DNA of 64,000 nt from an uncultured Gammaproteobacteria bacterium (GTDB taxonomy: Bacteria; Pseudomonadota; Gammaproteobacteria; CAWCPV01): positions 128,001-192,000 of the forward strand of contig CAWCPV010000016.1 of NCBI GenBank assembly GCA_963797555.1, written 5' to 3'. Below, piece after piece: positions 41,041 through 53,585 of this stretch. Each line of letters begins with the position of its first letter. Positions within the stretch are counted from its first letter, which is position 1. The notes beneath the pieces were generated by a model. The model searched no databases and was not told where the DNA came from. It was given only the letters and a program-made list of their open reading frames with translations. The position numbers were made by a program, and so were the translations under genes.

Positions 41041-41965
41041 ATGTACATCAACGTCGTGCCGAATCGCCAATCGCCCCCCGCGACACTGCTGCGCGAGTCT
41101 TACCGCGAACAGGGCAAGGTCAAGAAGCGCACCTTGGCGAATCTGAGCAAACTTCCAAGCGAGGTGATCGAGCACCTTCGCCAGGCCTTGGCAGGGCAGG
41201 CTATGGCGGTCAAAGAAACGATCTGTGGTGCTATCTACGGCCTGTTATTCGTGCTCAACGAATTGGCCCGCCAGTGCGGAGTGCAGGAGGCCTTGGGCGG
41301 CTCCCGCAAAGCGAAGCTGGTGCTGTTTCTGGTGCTGGCGCGTATCGGGCATCAGGGCTCGCGATTGTCCGCCGTGCGCTGGGCGCTCGATCACGCCGTC
41401 CAAGCGGTGCTCGGGCTGAGCGCTTTCGATGAAGACGACCTTTATGAGGCGTTGGATTGGGCAGCCTCACAGCAGCAGGCCATCGAGGACCGACTGTATC
41501 AGGACGCGGTGCGCCGCACGGCTCAGACGCCGGCTCTGATGTTATTACGATGTCACTTCCTCTTGCTTGGAAGGCGAGCAAAACGAGCTCGGGGCCTATG
41601 GCTATCACCGCGATGGCAAGAAAGGCAAGCCCCAGATCGTGATCGGCTTGCTCACCGCCAAAGATGGCGAGCCGCTCAGTGTGGAAGTCTTCGAAGGCCA
41701 TACCACCGACCCCCAGACGGTCGGCTCTCAAGTGGAGAAGCTCACCGAGCGGTTCCACGTGAAAGAGGTGGTTCTGGTGGGCGATCGGGGGATGATCAAG
41801 GCCCAGGGCAAAGAGTTCCTGAACCAAGCGCATCTCAAGTACATCACGGCTCTGACCGACCCGCAAATTCGGAAACTCATCAAACAGGACGTCCTTCAGC
41901 CCGATCTCTTCGATGAGCACGTGGTGGAGGTCCATCACCAGGGCAAGCGTCTGATGCTGCGCTGT
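41041..41965 (+). pseudogene. IS1634-family transposase, frameshifted and 3'-truncated
   Basis: MYINVVPNR.SPP..LLRESYRE.GKVKKRTLANLS; YGYHRDGKKGK.QIVIGL; VGDRGM. Confidence 0.85.
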
Positions 41966-43299
41966 GTGAGGCGCACCTCGACCTCGCGTTTGACCAGCGC
42001 ATAGGGGACGCTGTAGTAGTGGCCGCCGACCTCCACGTGGTAGTCGATGTGCACCCGCGCCTTTTTCCACTCGGCATACCTTGTAGCGCTCGGCCGGAAG
42101 CGGCTTCAAGGCCGGATGGTCGAGGCGCTGGGAAAGCTCGCGGCGCGAGCCGGGCAGCTTCTTGAAAGGCCGCGTGTTGAGATCGACCAAGAGCTGCTGG
42201 ATGGCGGGCATTGAGTTCGCTGAGGGAAAGAAGGTGCGATGGCGCAGCCGGGCGAGTATCCAGCGCTCGACCACCTGCACGCCGACCTCCACCTTGGCCT
42301 TGTCGCGCGGCTTGCGCACCCGCGCGGGCAGCACCGCCACCTGATAATGGCTCGCCCACTCGGCGTAGGTGGGGTTGAGATCGGGGTCGTAGCGACAGGC
42401 CCGGGTCACGCCGGTCTTGGGGTTGTCGGGCACCACGGCCTCGGGGACCCCACCTAGAAATTCCAGTGCCCGCGTGTGGGCACCGATCCAGTCGGCCAGT
42501 CCCTGGCTGAGGGTGGCCTCGGCATAGGTGTAGTTAGAAGCCCCCAACACCGCAACGAACACTTGGGCCTCATGCACCTCGCCGCTTGCCCGGTCGACGA
42601 GCGCCACCGTCTGCCCGGCCCAGTCTACGAACAGCTTCTCCCCGGCCCGGTGGTCCTGGCGCATGACGAGATCGAGCTTGCCGCACCACGCCCGGTACCG
42701 CTCGCAGAACCAGCTGTACTGAAACCCCTCGGGGTGGGCCGCTTTGTACTCCTGCCAGAGCAGGAACAACGTGACGCCCTTGCGCTTGAGCTCCCGGTGC
42801 ACCTCAGACCAGTCCGGTACGGGACGCTGTTCACGGGCAAGCCTCACGGCCGAGGAAAACAGCCGCCGCTCCAGCGCCCCATCGTCGAGATCCTCGGGTA
42901 GCGGCCAGGCGAGCCCCGCCAGCCGAGCACGGCCCACATAGTCCGCTACGGTGGCCGGCGAGAGCGACAAGCTCCGCGCCACCGCTCTCAAGCCGAGCCC
43001 CGCACCCTGGTGCAGCCTCAGCACTTCACGAATCTTCCGCATGGTCAACCTCCGGTTTGCCACAGACAACCTCCTCAAGCGCTCAAAAGCGCAGGAGGAT
43101 GCCACAGCTTCAAGGATGACCCTGCCTCAGACCCTCGCTCTCCACGGCAACCCGATCACCGATTCCACACCTCCCAGCAAAAGTGATCACTTGCCGTGGA
43201 ACCGCTGATCGGTTTGTCCTGGAACCGCTGATCAGTTTGCCGTGGAACGGGTGATCGGCTTGGCGTGGATTCGGTGATCGGTTTGGGGCGGAATACGCA
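41966..43299 (-). mobile_element. istA: Second IS21-family element (IS408-like), left end plus truncated istA
   Basis: TGCGTATTCC terminus with ~22-bp subterminal repeats at 43182-43299; MRKIREVLRL, LFVDWAG, VPDN.K, DKAKVE. Confidence 0.85.
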
Positions 43300-43845
43300 C
43301 CCATTTCACCTCCCCGTGGTGGTGGACAGTGCTGCGCCGCCGGCGGCATACACCGTCGCGGTCCCGGTATAGCCGAACAGGTTGAGGGAGTGCCTGCCGC
43401 TGGCCAGCTCTCCGACGAGGCGACGGGTCAGCCGGTGGTCGAGAAACAGCCCGGTATCCAGGTAGTCAGTGAAATTCACTAGGAAGCGGTAAGCTCCCTC
43501 CCTTACCTCGTGGAAGACGCCCTGGTGGGCGTGGCGCTGGTATGGCTGCGTCCCTGCTGGTGGCGCCGTACCTTGAAGAATACCTGTTCGGCCGGCACCT
43601 CCAGCACTCGGGGTAAGGCGGCGAGCGCCTGCTGCAGGCGCTCGGCGGCGCGCGTCGGGTCGACGGTGGGCCGGGCCTGATACTCCTGGACATGGACCCA
43701 GCGCTGCTCCCCGTGGTAAAGGTCTATGGCCAGCGCGCACTCCGGCATGTCCGCGTCACAGAGCCGGTAGCAGTCGATCCCCTCACACCGCGTCCAACCG
43801 CCCAGCTCCCGCAGGTTCTTGCGCAGCCAGTTCGCGGACATTTGA
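43300..43845 (-). pseudogene. rlmL: Internal fragment of 23S rRNA methyltransferase RlmKL (RlmK half)
   Basis: CYRL.DADMPE..LAID.Y, VQEY, VNFTDYLDTGLFLDHR, LNLFGYTG; degenerate and frameshifted. Confidence 0.8.
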
Positions 43846-44121
43846 AAAGGGAAAGGCCGCGGAATGGTACGCCCAGCCCTTTGCATGCATTCGCGGATTT
43901 CCGTCAGTCGTTGCCGGAGACGGCCGCCCGGAACAATCGCCTTCCCTCCGTGTGGGGGGGATCCGCCGCAAGACCGTGGCGCGAATGAACCGAAAGGGCG
44001 CTAGAGAGGCGGCGCTTGCGCCTGCCGCCCCAACGCCAGGCGAAGGAAGGCGACCCGATTCCCCACGTCACCATCAAGGGCTGCGAGCGCTGTTTCGAGC
44101 TTCTGCTTCGTCGCGGCATCC

Positions 44122-44654
44122 TTACTTGACACTGAGCGCCTTGACCAGCTTCTCGCGACGTCTTCTCAGATCGCACAGCCTCGTCCAAACCTCCGCGATC
44201 ACGAGATCGATGTTCTCTCTGAACTTCACGCTGGCCGAGTCGTTCAGGCGCAGCGTCTCTTCTGTGAGCGCACCCGCCTTCGAGCGGGGCTTCGCTCGCT
44301 TGGCCTCGAACCAGAGATGCTCGGCCATCGAATCCTGGCAGGGATTGACGATGTACACGCCTCCGGGCTCGGGCTCGAACCACTTCTTGCCCTTTCTCCC
44401 GTTGCAGGCGCGACAGGCGTAGAAGAGGTTCGAATACTCGGTGCGCAGATCCTTGAACTTGCTCGCGGGTCGGTAGTGCTCCACCTCGAAGGTACCACCA
44501 AAAGCATCCGGCATCAGGCAATAGACGCAGCCGTGTGGAACTCCTCGGCGAGGGCGTCGATGTAGTCCCGTGGATTCGAGAAAGGTCCGGGCCTCAACCG
44601 ACGGACATGGCGGCCCGTCGAATACCGGAAAGGCGACGGGCTAGCGGATCCCAA
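44122..44654 (-). CDS. HNH endonuclease (one frameshift near 44533)
   Basis: RHVRR..P...DY...LAEEF / CVYC...FEVEHYRP.SK...YSNLFYACRACNGRKG. The TTG start overlaps the upstream stop. Confidence 0.8.
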
Positions 44655-45087
44655 GGTTGTCCAACATCTGAGAGATGTTGTCTCCGTTGTCCTTGAATTG
44701 TTGCCGCACCTCGCCGAGGGGCTTGACCTGCTCCGGCGTCACGCGAGGAAACAACGCCTCCACTTTGTGGTGATCGATCTGGAGCCGTGCTTCCATCTCA
44801 CGCGACCACCGTTCGCTCACATACTTCTCGGCGAGCAGATCCAGCCGCTCGACATTGATGTCATTGGGGACTTCATCGCGCGCCGTCACCGGCAGCGGCA
44901 AGATGGAGAAGAGCGGCGTCTCGTTCGGTTGGATGTCCGTGTAAACCTGATACGCCTGGATCCCGGACTCGTTGCCCGAAACGCGGATCACGTCCCGATG
45001 CACGGCCTCTTCGGTCGCGACCGAGACGACCGCTGCCGCTTGGTCGTATGGAGGCTCATCTGCGCATGTCGTAGGAAGATCCATCAT
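44641..45087 (-). CDS. Hypothetical protein coupled to the HNH gene
   Basis: 148-aa ORF with an ATGA overlap upstream and an overlap with the HNH start downstream. Confidence 0.65.
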   Translation of the reverse strand: MMDLPTTCADEPPYDQAAAVVSVATEEAVHRDVIRVSGNESGIQAYQVYTDIQPNETPLFSILPLPVTARDEVPNDINVERLDLLAEKYVSERWSREMEARLQIDHHKVEALFPRVTPEQVKPLGEVRQQFKDNGDNISQMLDNLGIR

Positions 45088-45345
45088 CTGTCATTCATTA
45101 GGCTAATCGCTTTGCTGTCAAGGCACCACAGGAACAGCGAAAAGCTCTGCTCGTGCAAGTTTGGGAGCAGGTCAAACAGATTCCCGGCGTGCACGTCCTC
45201 GGCGTAGAAGTCGGTATCGAGGATCAGCTCTTGGCTCCGCTCATTCGGAAAACCCCAGCGCAGGTTGTAGCGGCCGATCGCGGGAGCTTTTGTCTGCGCG
45301 ACAGGTGGCTGCGAGACCTGGTGTTCACGCGAGAGGGTGCTGGAC
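45084..45345 (-). pseudogene. C-terminal part of a TIGR04255-like protein
   Basis: Frame absent from the ORF track: GRYNLRWGFPNERSQELILDTDFYAEDVHAGNLFDLLPNLHEQSFSLFLWCLDSKAISLMNDR*. Confidence 0.55.
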
Positions 45346-45738
45346 TATGGCGGGTGGCCTTGGCCTGACCGAGCTTCCGCACCCGTTCGGCGGAGCTTCC
45401 AGGGTCAGGGTCCAGGGACGGTTTCTCTGCCGCGGACATGGTCACGTCTTGGGAGGCGTTGTGGCAATCATGGCGATTGCCAAAGGTCCCGCGGTCAACG
45501 AGATGAAAAGCATCGCCAAAGCCTCAACGGCGCCAGGGGACGCCGCGCTCTGCGTCTGAGGAACGATTGCCGGGGTCTTCCGGAGGCTCGCGCAGTAGGG
45601 CCTTAGCGGGCCATCCGCACCGTCGGCCCAACCCGAACGGCACCCCGATTCCGCACCCCCCGAACATCAGCGGCCCCGTTTCGCTCCCCGTCCCGCGCCC
45701 TGGTCGCGGGCCGGAGCCGGTGGTCTCAACGGGGCAGG

Positions 45739-46452
45739 TTAGGCAGCCGCACCGCTCAGGCGGGCGAGAAACCGCCCGTACAGCACGTCGCCGATGGCAT
45801 GCAGGCGCCGCACCCGCGCCTCCACAGCCTGCTGGATGGAGGCCGCATCCTGGATGCAGGGAGAGTCCGCAGCGAGGTCGCTGCAGTAGCGGATGCTCCA
45901 GTCCTTGATCATCCGCGCCGTCACCTCGAGGTGAAACTGCATGGCGAGCGCCTGGTCCACGGCGAACGCTTGGTTTTCGAAGCAGGCGCTGCGCAGCAGC
46001 GGCGTGGCGCCGGCGGGTACGTCGAAGGTCCAGGCGTGCCAGTGAAAGGCATCGAAGCGTTCGGGCAGGCCCGCCAGCCACGGGCTGCCCGCCGCCGAGG
46101 GCAGGCGCTCCACCGTATGCCAGCCGATCTCCATGCTCGCACCGTGCCGGACCTCGGCACCGAGGGCCTTGGCGATCATCTGCCCGCCCAGGCACACCCC
46201 CATCATGGGTGTGCCCCTCTCCAGGGCGCGCCGGATCAGGGCGAGCTCCGCGGCGACCCAGGGCAGCGGGTCATGGACGCTGCCCGGGCCGCCCATGAAC
46301 ACGAGCCCGCACACATCGTCGAGGCGGCTCGGCACCGTCACGCCTCGGTCGATACAGAGCACTTCATAGGGTATGTCGCGGCGGGCCAGGAACGCGCACA
46401 GGTGACCCATGCCCTCGCAGGCTATATGGCGGAAGACGCGAAGCGGCTTCAT
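45739..46452 (-). CDS. Type 1 glutamine amidotransferase
   Basis: MGGPGSV, GVCLGGQ, FHWH, QFHLE triad. Confidence 0.9.
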   Translation of the reverse strand: MKPLRVFRHIACEGMGHLCAFLARRDIPYEVLCIDRGVTVPSRLDDVCGLVFMGGPGSVHDPLPWVAAELALIRRALERGTPMMGVCLGGQMIAKALGAEVRHGASMEIGWHTVERLPSAAGSPWLAGLPERFDAFHWHAWTFDVPAGATPLLRSACFENQAFAVDQALAMQFHLEVTARMIKDWSIRYCSDLAADSPCIQDAASIQQAVEARVRRLHAIGDVLYGRFLARLSGAAA

Positions 46453-46882
46453 ATAGGCCCACGCCGAGGGGAGCCCGCAGCGCCGTTCCCCGCGTCCGGC
46501 CCCTCCGCTGCGACGCAGACCCAAGCCGGATTCGTCGCCACACTCGTGGGCCCAGCCATCGCTGACTGCTCCGTCAGTCTCTGCCTTCGATCGCCGGTCC
46601 GGCGCCCTGGCGGATGTCTCCGTCGCTCGCCTGGTCCCGATGGCTCGGCCCACGGCGCACTCCCCTCACGGTCGGGCGGGCGCCGCCCGGTGCGCCTTGC
46701 CCTCACCGTGGCTCAGAGGTGGGGCGACTGCGCCATCATCCCGGTCATGCTGCTGGTGAACGTGGGCCTCGATTTCTCTCAGCAGCACCAGGCGCCGTCG
46801 TGTCTCCTCCTGGGTTGAGAGCCGGGTTTAGGGGCGGTCTCGGCCGGCCGAAGCTGGGCGCTACGGACCCGCCAAACGGTCC

Positions 46883-47295
46883 TCAAGGCGCCACGACGAT
46901 CATCCACGACACGCCGAAGCGGTCGGCGACCATGCCGAAGCGCGAGGAGAAGAAGGTCTTGGTCAACGGCATCTGCACCTGTCCGCCGTCGGCGAGAGCA
47001 GCGAACAACCGCTCGGCCTCGCCATCGTCAGGCACCGTGAGCGACAGCGAAAAGCCCTGGAAGCTCGGCCGCCCAGGGCTCGACCGTCGGAAGCCATCAC
47101 CATCGTATCGCCGATGCGGAAGCTCGCATGCATCACCTTGTCCTCGGAACCGGGCGGGACCATGCCCGGCTGCGGCGGCTCAGGGCTGTCCTTGAAGCGC
47201 ATGACCATCGCCACCTCGGCGCCGAGTGCGCGGCGGTAGAACTCGATCGCCTCCTCGCAGCGGCCGTCGAAGAACAGATAGGGCTGGACTTGCAT
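46883..47295 (-). pseudogene. PhnB/VOC family protein, frameshift near 47085
   Basis: PYLFFDGRCEEAIEFY, VMHAS...MASDG / GG.VQMPL..TF...FGM..DRFGVSWM. Confidence 0.85.
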
Positions 47296-47307
47296 GGCAT
47301 CTCCTCC

Positions 47308-47856
47308 TCAGGGGCTGGGGGTGATCGCAGCTAAGAGCGTGACGGCTCTGCGCATCATCATGAATCGACTCGTCCAATCTCCTTGCGGCTGCGGGTCCGG
47401 AGCCGGGCTTGTCGGACGGTCTCGAGCCGCCGGCCCGGGCCTCCGACACGTCGAACGAGGCGCAGCGAAATCGCGCCGAGGGGATCGGGGCAGCGCCTCG
47501 AACACCTGGCGAACCTCGATCTCGGCATCCATGCCTTCGTCGGACTTCGGTCCCGAGTTCACGCCCGAGCGCTTGGCCCATTCGATCGCCTCTTCCTTCG
47601 ACTTCACCTGGATCAGCCAGAAGCCGGCGAGCAGCCCCTGGGTCTCGGCGAAGGGCCCGTCGGTCACGGTGCGCTTCCCTGCGGAGAAGTGGATGCGTGC
47701 GCCCTTCGCGCTCGGCTGAAGCCCCTCCCCGGCGAGCAGCACGCCGGCCTTCACCATCTCCTCGTTGAACTTCCCCATCGCGGCAAGCAGATCCTCGCTC
47801 GGGAGAACGCCCGCCTCCGTGTTCTTGTCGGCTTTGAGCAGCAACATGAAGCGCAT
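47308..47856 (-). CDS. YciI/DGPF-domain protein with an aberrant C-terminus
   Basis: AGEGLQPS, VTDGPFAET, AGFWLIQVKS.EEAIEW, IEVR. Confidence 0.8.
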   Translation of the reverse strand: MRFMLLLKADKNTEAGVLPSEDLLAAMGKFNEEMVKAGVLLAGEGLQPSAKGARIHFSAGKRTVTDGPFAETQGLLAGFWLIQVKSKEEAIEWAKRSGVNSGPKSDEGMDAEIEVRQVFEALPRSPRRDFAAPRSTCRRPGPAARDRPTSPAPDPQPQGDWTSRFMMMRRAVTLLAAITPSP

Positions 47857-48087
47857 CGTCAGATCTCCTTCGGGTTGCGGGGTCATCGACACGTCGAACG
47901 ATTTTTCGGTCGGCGCTCCCAAGTGCCGGAAATGCCGAGCCTCCGGACGGGTTCGCATGGACCGGCACCTGGCCGCGCCGGCCGATCAGGGTGACCATAC
48001 CGGGTACCTCGCACTCGACATAGCCGGCATGACGCCGTGCATGCGGCCGAGCCGCACCTTTCCTTTCGGGGGCCAACCCCGGAGCCC

Positions 48088-48504
48088 TTACCGCACACGA
48101 TAAGCCGCGTGGCAAGCCACGCAGGCCGCAGTGATCGCCCGCAGTCCCCGACAGGCCGCCGTTCGATCGCCTTCCTGCACGGTCACTGCGAATCGGCTCG
48201 CCGCGCGGTGCATGTTCAGTCCCATGGCCTGCATCGCCTGTGGCATGAACTCCGCCATGTGGCGCGCATCGTGCGCGGCCAATGATCTCATACCCAGGCG
48301 GTGCTCGGCGACATCGGCCGCTCGGTCCCATTGGTCTTCCGCCACGTCGCCCAGGATTTCATCGAGCGTGCGCAGGTGATCGCGCATGTTCGCGAGCATG
48401 TGCTCCTGCATCATCTCGGGGAGCCTGACCAGCTCACGAGAGTCCGCCGCCGCGGCCGCGGATGAACAGCAGATGGCGAGGAGTATGAATCCGACGGTGC
48501 GCAT
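48088..48504 (-). CDS. Class II cytochrome c (c'-like)
   Basis: Signal peptide, helical body, C-terminal CVACH heme-binding motif. Confidence 0.8.
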   Translation of the reverse strand: MRTVGFILLAICCSSAAAAADSRELVRLPEMMQEHMLANMRDHLRTLDEILGDVAEDQWDRAADVAEHRLGMRSLAAHDARHMAEFMPQAMQAMGLNMHRAASRFAVTVQEGDRTAACRGLRAITAACVACHAAYRVR

Positions 48505-48531
48505 GCTTCACAAGCTTCTGAGCACAGGGTC

Positions 48532-49540
48532 TCAGGCGTCCTGCTCCGCCGCAGCGCTCTCCAGGGCCTGAGGCACCGGGCGGCCACCCACCTCGACCAT
48601 GCGCTGGAACGGCAGGTCCAGCGCGCTGGGCACCGTTTCCAGCAAATGATCCAAAAAGGCTTGCGCGACCACCGAGAGCTGCTTGCCGGCGAGGCGCACC
48701 ACGTACCACGCGCGGCGGATGGGGAAGCCCTCCACGTCCAGGACGGCGAGTTGCCCGGTGGCCGCCTCCAGTGCGATGGTGTGGCGCGACAGCGCCGAGA
48801 TGCCCAGGCCACCGACGATGGCCTGCTTGATGGCCTCGTTGCTGCCGAGCTCCATGCGCACGCCGGGCGCGAGCCCGTGCTCACGGAACAACCGCTCGAG
48901 CGCCATGCGCGTCCCCGAGCCCTCTTCGCGCATCAGCCACGGCTCGGCGGCAATGCGCGCCAGGGAGATAGCGCGCTGCCCGACCAGAGGGTGGTGGCCG
49001 GGGGCGAGCACCACCAGCGGGTTCTCCAGGAAGACACGGGACTCGGTGGCGAGCTCCTCGGGCGGCTGGCCGAGGATGTACAGGTCGTCGAGGTTCTCCG
49101 CCAGCCGCTCCAGGATGAGCTCCCGATTGGTGACCTTCAGCGCCACCTCGATGCCCGGATAGCGCTGGCAGAACGGCCCCAGCAGCCGCGGCGCGAAGTA
49201 CTTGGCGGTGGTCACCACCGCGAGCCGTAGCTGCCCCTGCTTCAGCCCCTTCATGTCGGCCACCGTCATCTCGAAGCGAGCCAAGCGCTCGAACAGCTCG
49301 CGACAGGCGGCGTACAGCTCCTGCCCCGCCGCCGTGGAGTAGATGCGCTTGCCGAGCTGCTCGAACAGGGGTAGTCCGATGGCCTCGGTGAGGTTCTTCA
49401 TCTGAGCCGACACGGTGGGCTGCGTCAGACACAGCTCCTCGGCCGCACGGGTAAAGCTGCCGTGGCGCGTGATGGCCTCGAACACTTGGAGCTGGCGCAG
49501 CGTCAGGTGCCGGCCAAGCTGCAGTCTGGGGGGACGATCC

Positions 49541-49542
<2 letters not shown>
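48532..49542 (-). CDS. cbbR: LysR regulator CbbR
   Basis: LTLRQL.VF, SFTRAAEEL.LTQP.VS, TTAKYFAP, REEGSGTR, SNEAIKQA; divergent from cbbL. Confidence 0.92.
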
Positions 49543-51196
<1,654 letters not shown>

Positions 51197-51213
51197 CCGA
51201 GGAGGGCTACGTT

Positions 51214-51630
51214 ATGAGGATCACCCAAGGCCAGTTTTCGTTTCTGCCCGACCTCACCGACGAGCAGATCGTCGCGCAGATCAAGTACGCGCTCAAGAAC
51301 GGCTGGGCCGTCAACGTCGAATATACCGACGATCCCCATCCGCGCAACACCTATTGGGATATGTACGGCATGCCCATGTTCGACCTCAAAGATCCGGCCG
51401 GGATCATGATGGAGGTCAACGAGTGCCGCAAGACCTTCCCCAACCACTACGTGCGGCTCACCGCCTTCGACAGCACCCGCGGCTGGGAGACCCCGCGCAT
51501 GTCGTTCATCGTCAACCGGCCGAAGGAGGAGCCCGGCTTCCGGCTGATGCGCCAGGAGCGCAACGGGCGCAGCATGGGCTACAGCGTCCACCCATACGCC
51601 ACTGACAAGCCCGAAGGCCAGCGCTACTGA
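51214..51630 (+). CDS. cbbS: RuBisCO small subunit, red-type
   Basis: [35 protein letters not shown]. Confidence 0.98.
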   Translation: MRITQGQFSFLPDLTDEQIVAQIKYALKNGWAVNVEYTDDPHPRNTYWDMYGMPMFDLKDPAGIMMEVNECRKTFPNHYVRLTAFDSTRGWETPRMSFIVNRPKEEPGFRLMRQERNGRSMGYSVHPYATDKPEGQRY

Positions 51631-51641
51631 GCGCGCCGTGT

Positions 51642-51671
51642 GCGGGCGCGGGGTCTCGTCCTCGCGCCCGC
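51642..51671 (+). terminator. GC-rich stem-loop between cbbS and cbbX
   Basis: GCGGGCGCGGGG-N6-CCTCGCGCCCGC. No U-tract, so more likely an mRNA-stability or attenuation hairpin. Confidence 0.45.
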
Positions 51672-51719
51672 GCGGCGCCCTATCACGAGCGTGAGCCGCC
51701 AGCGCTGGGAAGGGTCCCC

Positions 51720-52712
51720 ATGAGCAATGTCGACGAGGGCGCCTCGGCCCCTGCAGAGCTGCCCGACGACACGCCGGTCGACCTGCAGGCGGAGTTTACC
51801 GCCTCCAACATCCAGGAAGTGCTGGACAAGCTCGACCGCGAGCTGGTCGGCTTGAAGCCGGTCAAGACCCGCATCCGCGAGACCGCGGCGCTGCTGCTGG
51901 TGGACCGGGTGCGCCGCCAGCTCCGGCTCGCCTCCGGGGCGCCGACGCTGCACATGAGCTTCACCGGCAACCCGGGCACCGGAAAGACCACGGTGGCGCT
52001 GCGCATGGCCGAAATTTTGCACCGGCTGGGCTATGTGCGCCAGGGGCATCTGGTGTCGGTGACGCGCGACGATCTGGTGGGCCAGTACATCGGTCATACC
52101 GCCCCCAAGACCAAGGAGGTCATCAAAAAGGCAATGGGCGGCGTCCTGTTCATCGACGAAGCCTATTACCTGTACCGCCCGGAGAACGAGCGGGATTACG
52201 GCCAGGAGGCGATCGAGATCCTGCTGCAGGTCATGGAGAACAACCGCGACGACTTGGTGGTGATTCTGGCCGGCTATAAGAACCGCATGGATCGGTTCTT
52301 CGACAGCAACCCGGGCATGCGCTCGCGCATCGCCCACCACATCGACTTTCCCGACTACACGGCCCAGGAGTTGCTGGCGATTGCCAAGCTGATGCTGGCC
52401 GGTCAGAACTACCGTTTCAGCCCCGCCGCGGAAGAAGCCTTCGAGGAGTATATCCGGCTGCGCATGCGGCTGCCGCTTTTCGCCAATGCGCGCTCGATTC
52501 GCAACGCCCTGGACCGCGCCCGCCTACGCCAGGCGAACCGGCTGTTCGAGGCGGCCCGCGGGACGCTCACCAAGTCCGACCTGGTCACCCTGGAGGCCGA
52601 GGATATCCGCGCGAGCCGAGTGTTCAGGGAGGGCCGCCGCGATGACGATCCACCCGACGCGGCGCCGGCGGACGACGCGCCGGAGCCTGAGGGCCCGCTC
52701 GGCACGCCCTAA
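51720..52712 (+). CDS. cbbX: Red-type RuBisCO activase CbbX
   Basis: [37 protein letters not shown]. Confidence 0.97.
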   Translation: MSNVDEGASAPAELPDDTPVDLQAEFTASNIQEVLDKLDRELVGLKPVKTRIRETAALLLVDRVRRQLRLASGAPTLHMSFTGNPGTGKTTVALRMAEILHRLGYVRQGHLVSVTRDDLVGQYIGHTAPKTKEVIKKAMGGVLFIDEAYYLYRPENERDYGQEAIEILLQVMENNRDDLVVILAGYKNRMDRFFDSNPGMRSRIAHHIDFPDYTAQELLAIAKLMLAGQNYRFSPAAEEAFEEYIRLRMRLPLFANARSIRNALDRARLRQANRLFEAARGTLTKSDLVTLEAEDIRASRVFREGRRDDDPPDAAPADDAPEPEGPLGTP

Positions 52713-52770
52713 TCCGGAGCCTGTGGGACCTGCGCTGCCCGCTGCGGCGGCGCGCACGAGACGCGAGGTG

Positions 52771-53142
52771 ATGATGGCGAGCCCGGTCGAGCTGTCACCC
52801 CTGCGCACCTGGCCCAAGGTGGTGGACGCCACATGCTACAACCGCGTGCGCCTCGCACTGCGGCGCATCGCGAATCCGCTGCGGGTGACCTTGCCCGCCC
52901 ATCGCGGGCTGGAGATGATCCTCGACGATCGTGTCTGGCTCTGTGTCGACGCCCTGCGGGACGACCAGCCGATCCTGGCCTGGCATCAGTTCGCGGGCCG
53001 CGACGGCCTGCACGAGCCGGTCGCGTGTCGACTGCACGTCTATCACATCCATGGCGGGCTGGTGATGGGCACGGCGCTCGAGGCGCTGGCGATCAGCCTG
53101 GCGGACCGGCTCGCGGAGCGCCAGGCCAGCCCGGCGCAATAG
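52771..53142 (+). CDS. Hypothetical protein downstream of cbbX
   Basis: GAGGTG RBS; YNRVRLALRR...WLCVD...PILAW...LHEPV.C. Confidence 0.7.
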   Translation: MMASPVELSPLRTWPKVVDATCYNRVRLALRRIANPLRVTLPAHRGLEMILDDRVWLCVDALRDDQPILAWHQFAGRDGLHEPVACRLHVYHIHGGLVMGTALEALAISLADRLAERQASPAQ

Positions 53143-53164
53143 GCACCAACCGGAGCGCTTAGCG

Positions 53165-53345
53165 GGGCTCGTGCTGAGAGACACCTGGGCCTGGCCGGTG
53201 AATGGCGACCCCCACTTCGAGCGGTTCTCGCGCCTGGTAGGCGGCCCCTTGGGGCGCTTTCTCATCCACCGATTCAACGCCTTCGTGAACGTGCTGATCC
53301 GCTCGGGGTACGCCGGGGCAGGGTTCCGCGGAGGTGATGGAAGCT
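53165..53345 (+). pseudogene. Alpha/beta-hydrolase (haloalkane-dehalogenase-like) fragment
   Basis: GLVL.DTWAWPVNGDPHFERFS..VGGPLGRFLI.RFNAFVN. Confidence 0.5.
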
Positions 53346-53585
53346 ACGCGCCAAGCTGGATAACGCCTTTTTCGGTCCGGCACCGCCAGCTTTTTCATCT
53401 TTGTGTTCGTGGGCGTGTTCGGGGCCAGTTTCCTGGCCGCCTCCGCCGGGTCGAGGGCCGTCAACTTCGCGGCCAACGTCTCCGCGTACTGCTCTACTTC
53501 GCCGCTACTCATCGCGTCATCTACGCCGCCGGCCTGTCCACGGCCCCACATGCGCCACTCCCCCCGCGCCTTGACCGCTTCGGCG

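Noticed and set aside
43182-43299. ~22-bp tandem repeats (TGATC...TTGCCGTGGAAC) resembling a mini CRISPR array or iterons
   Set aside because: No unique spacers and no cas or rep genes. They lie in the IS21 terminus, where repeated transposase-binding sites are expected.
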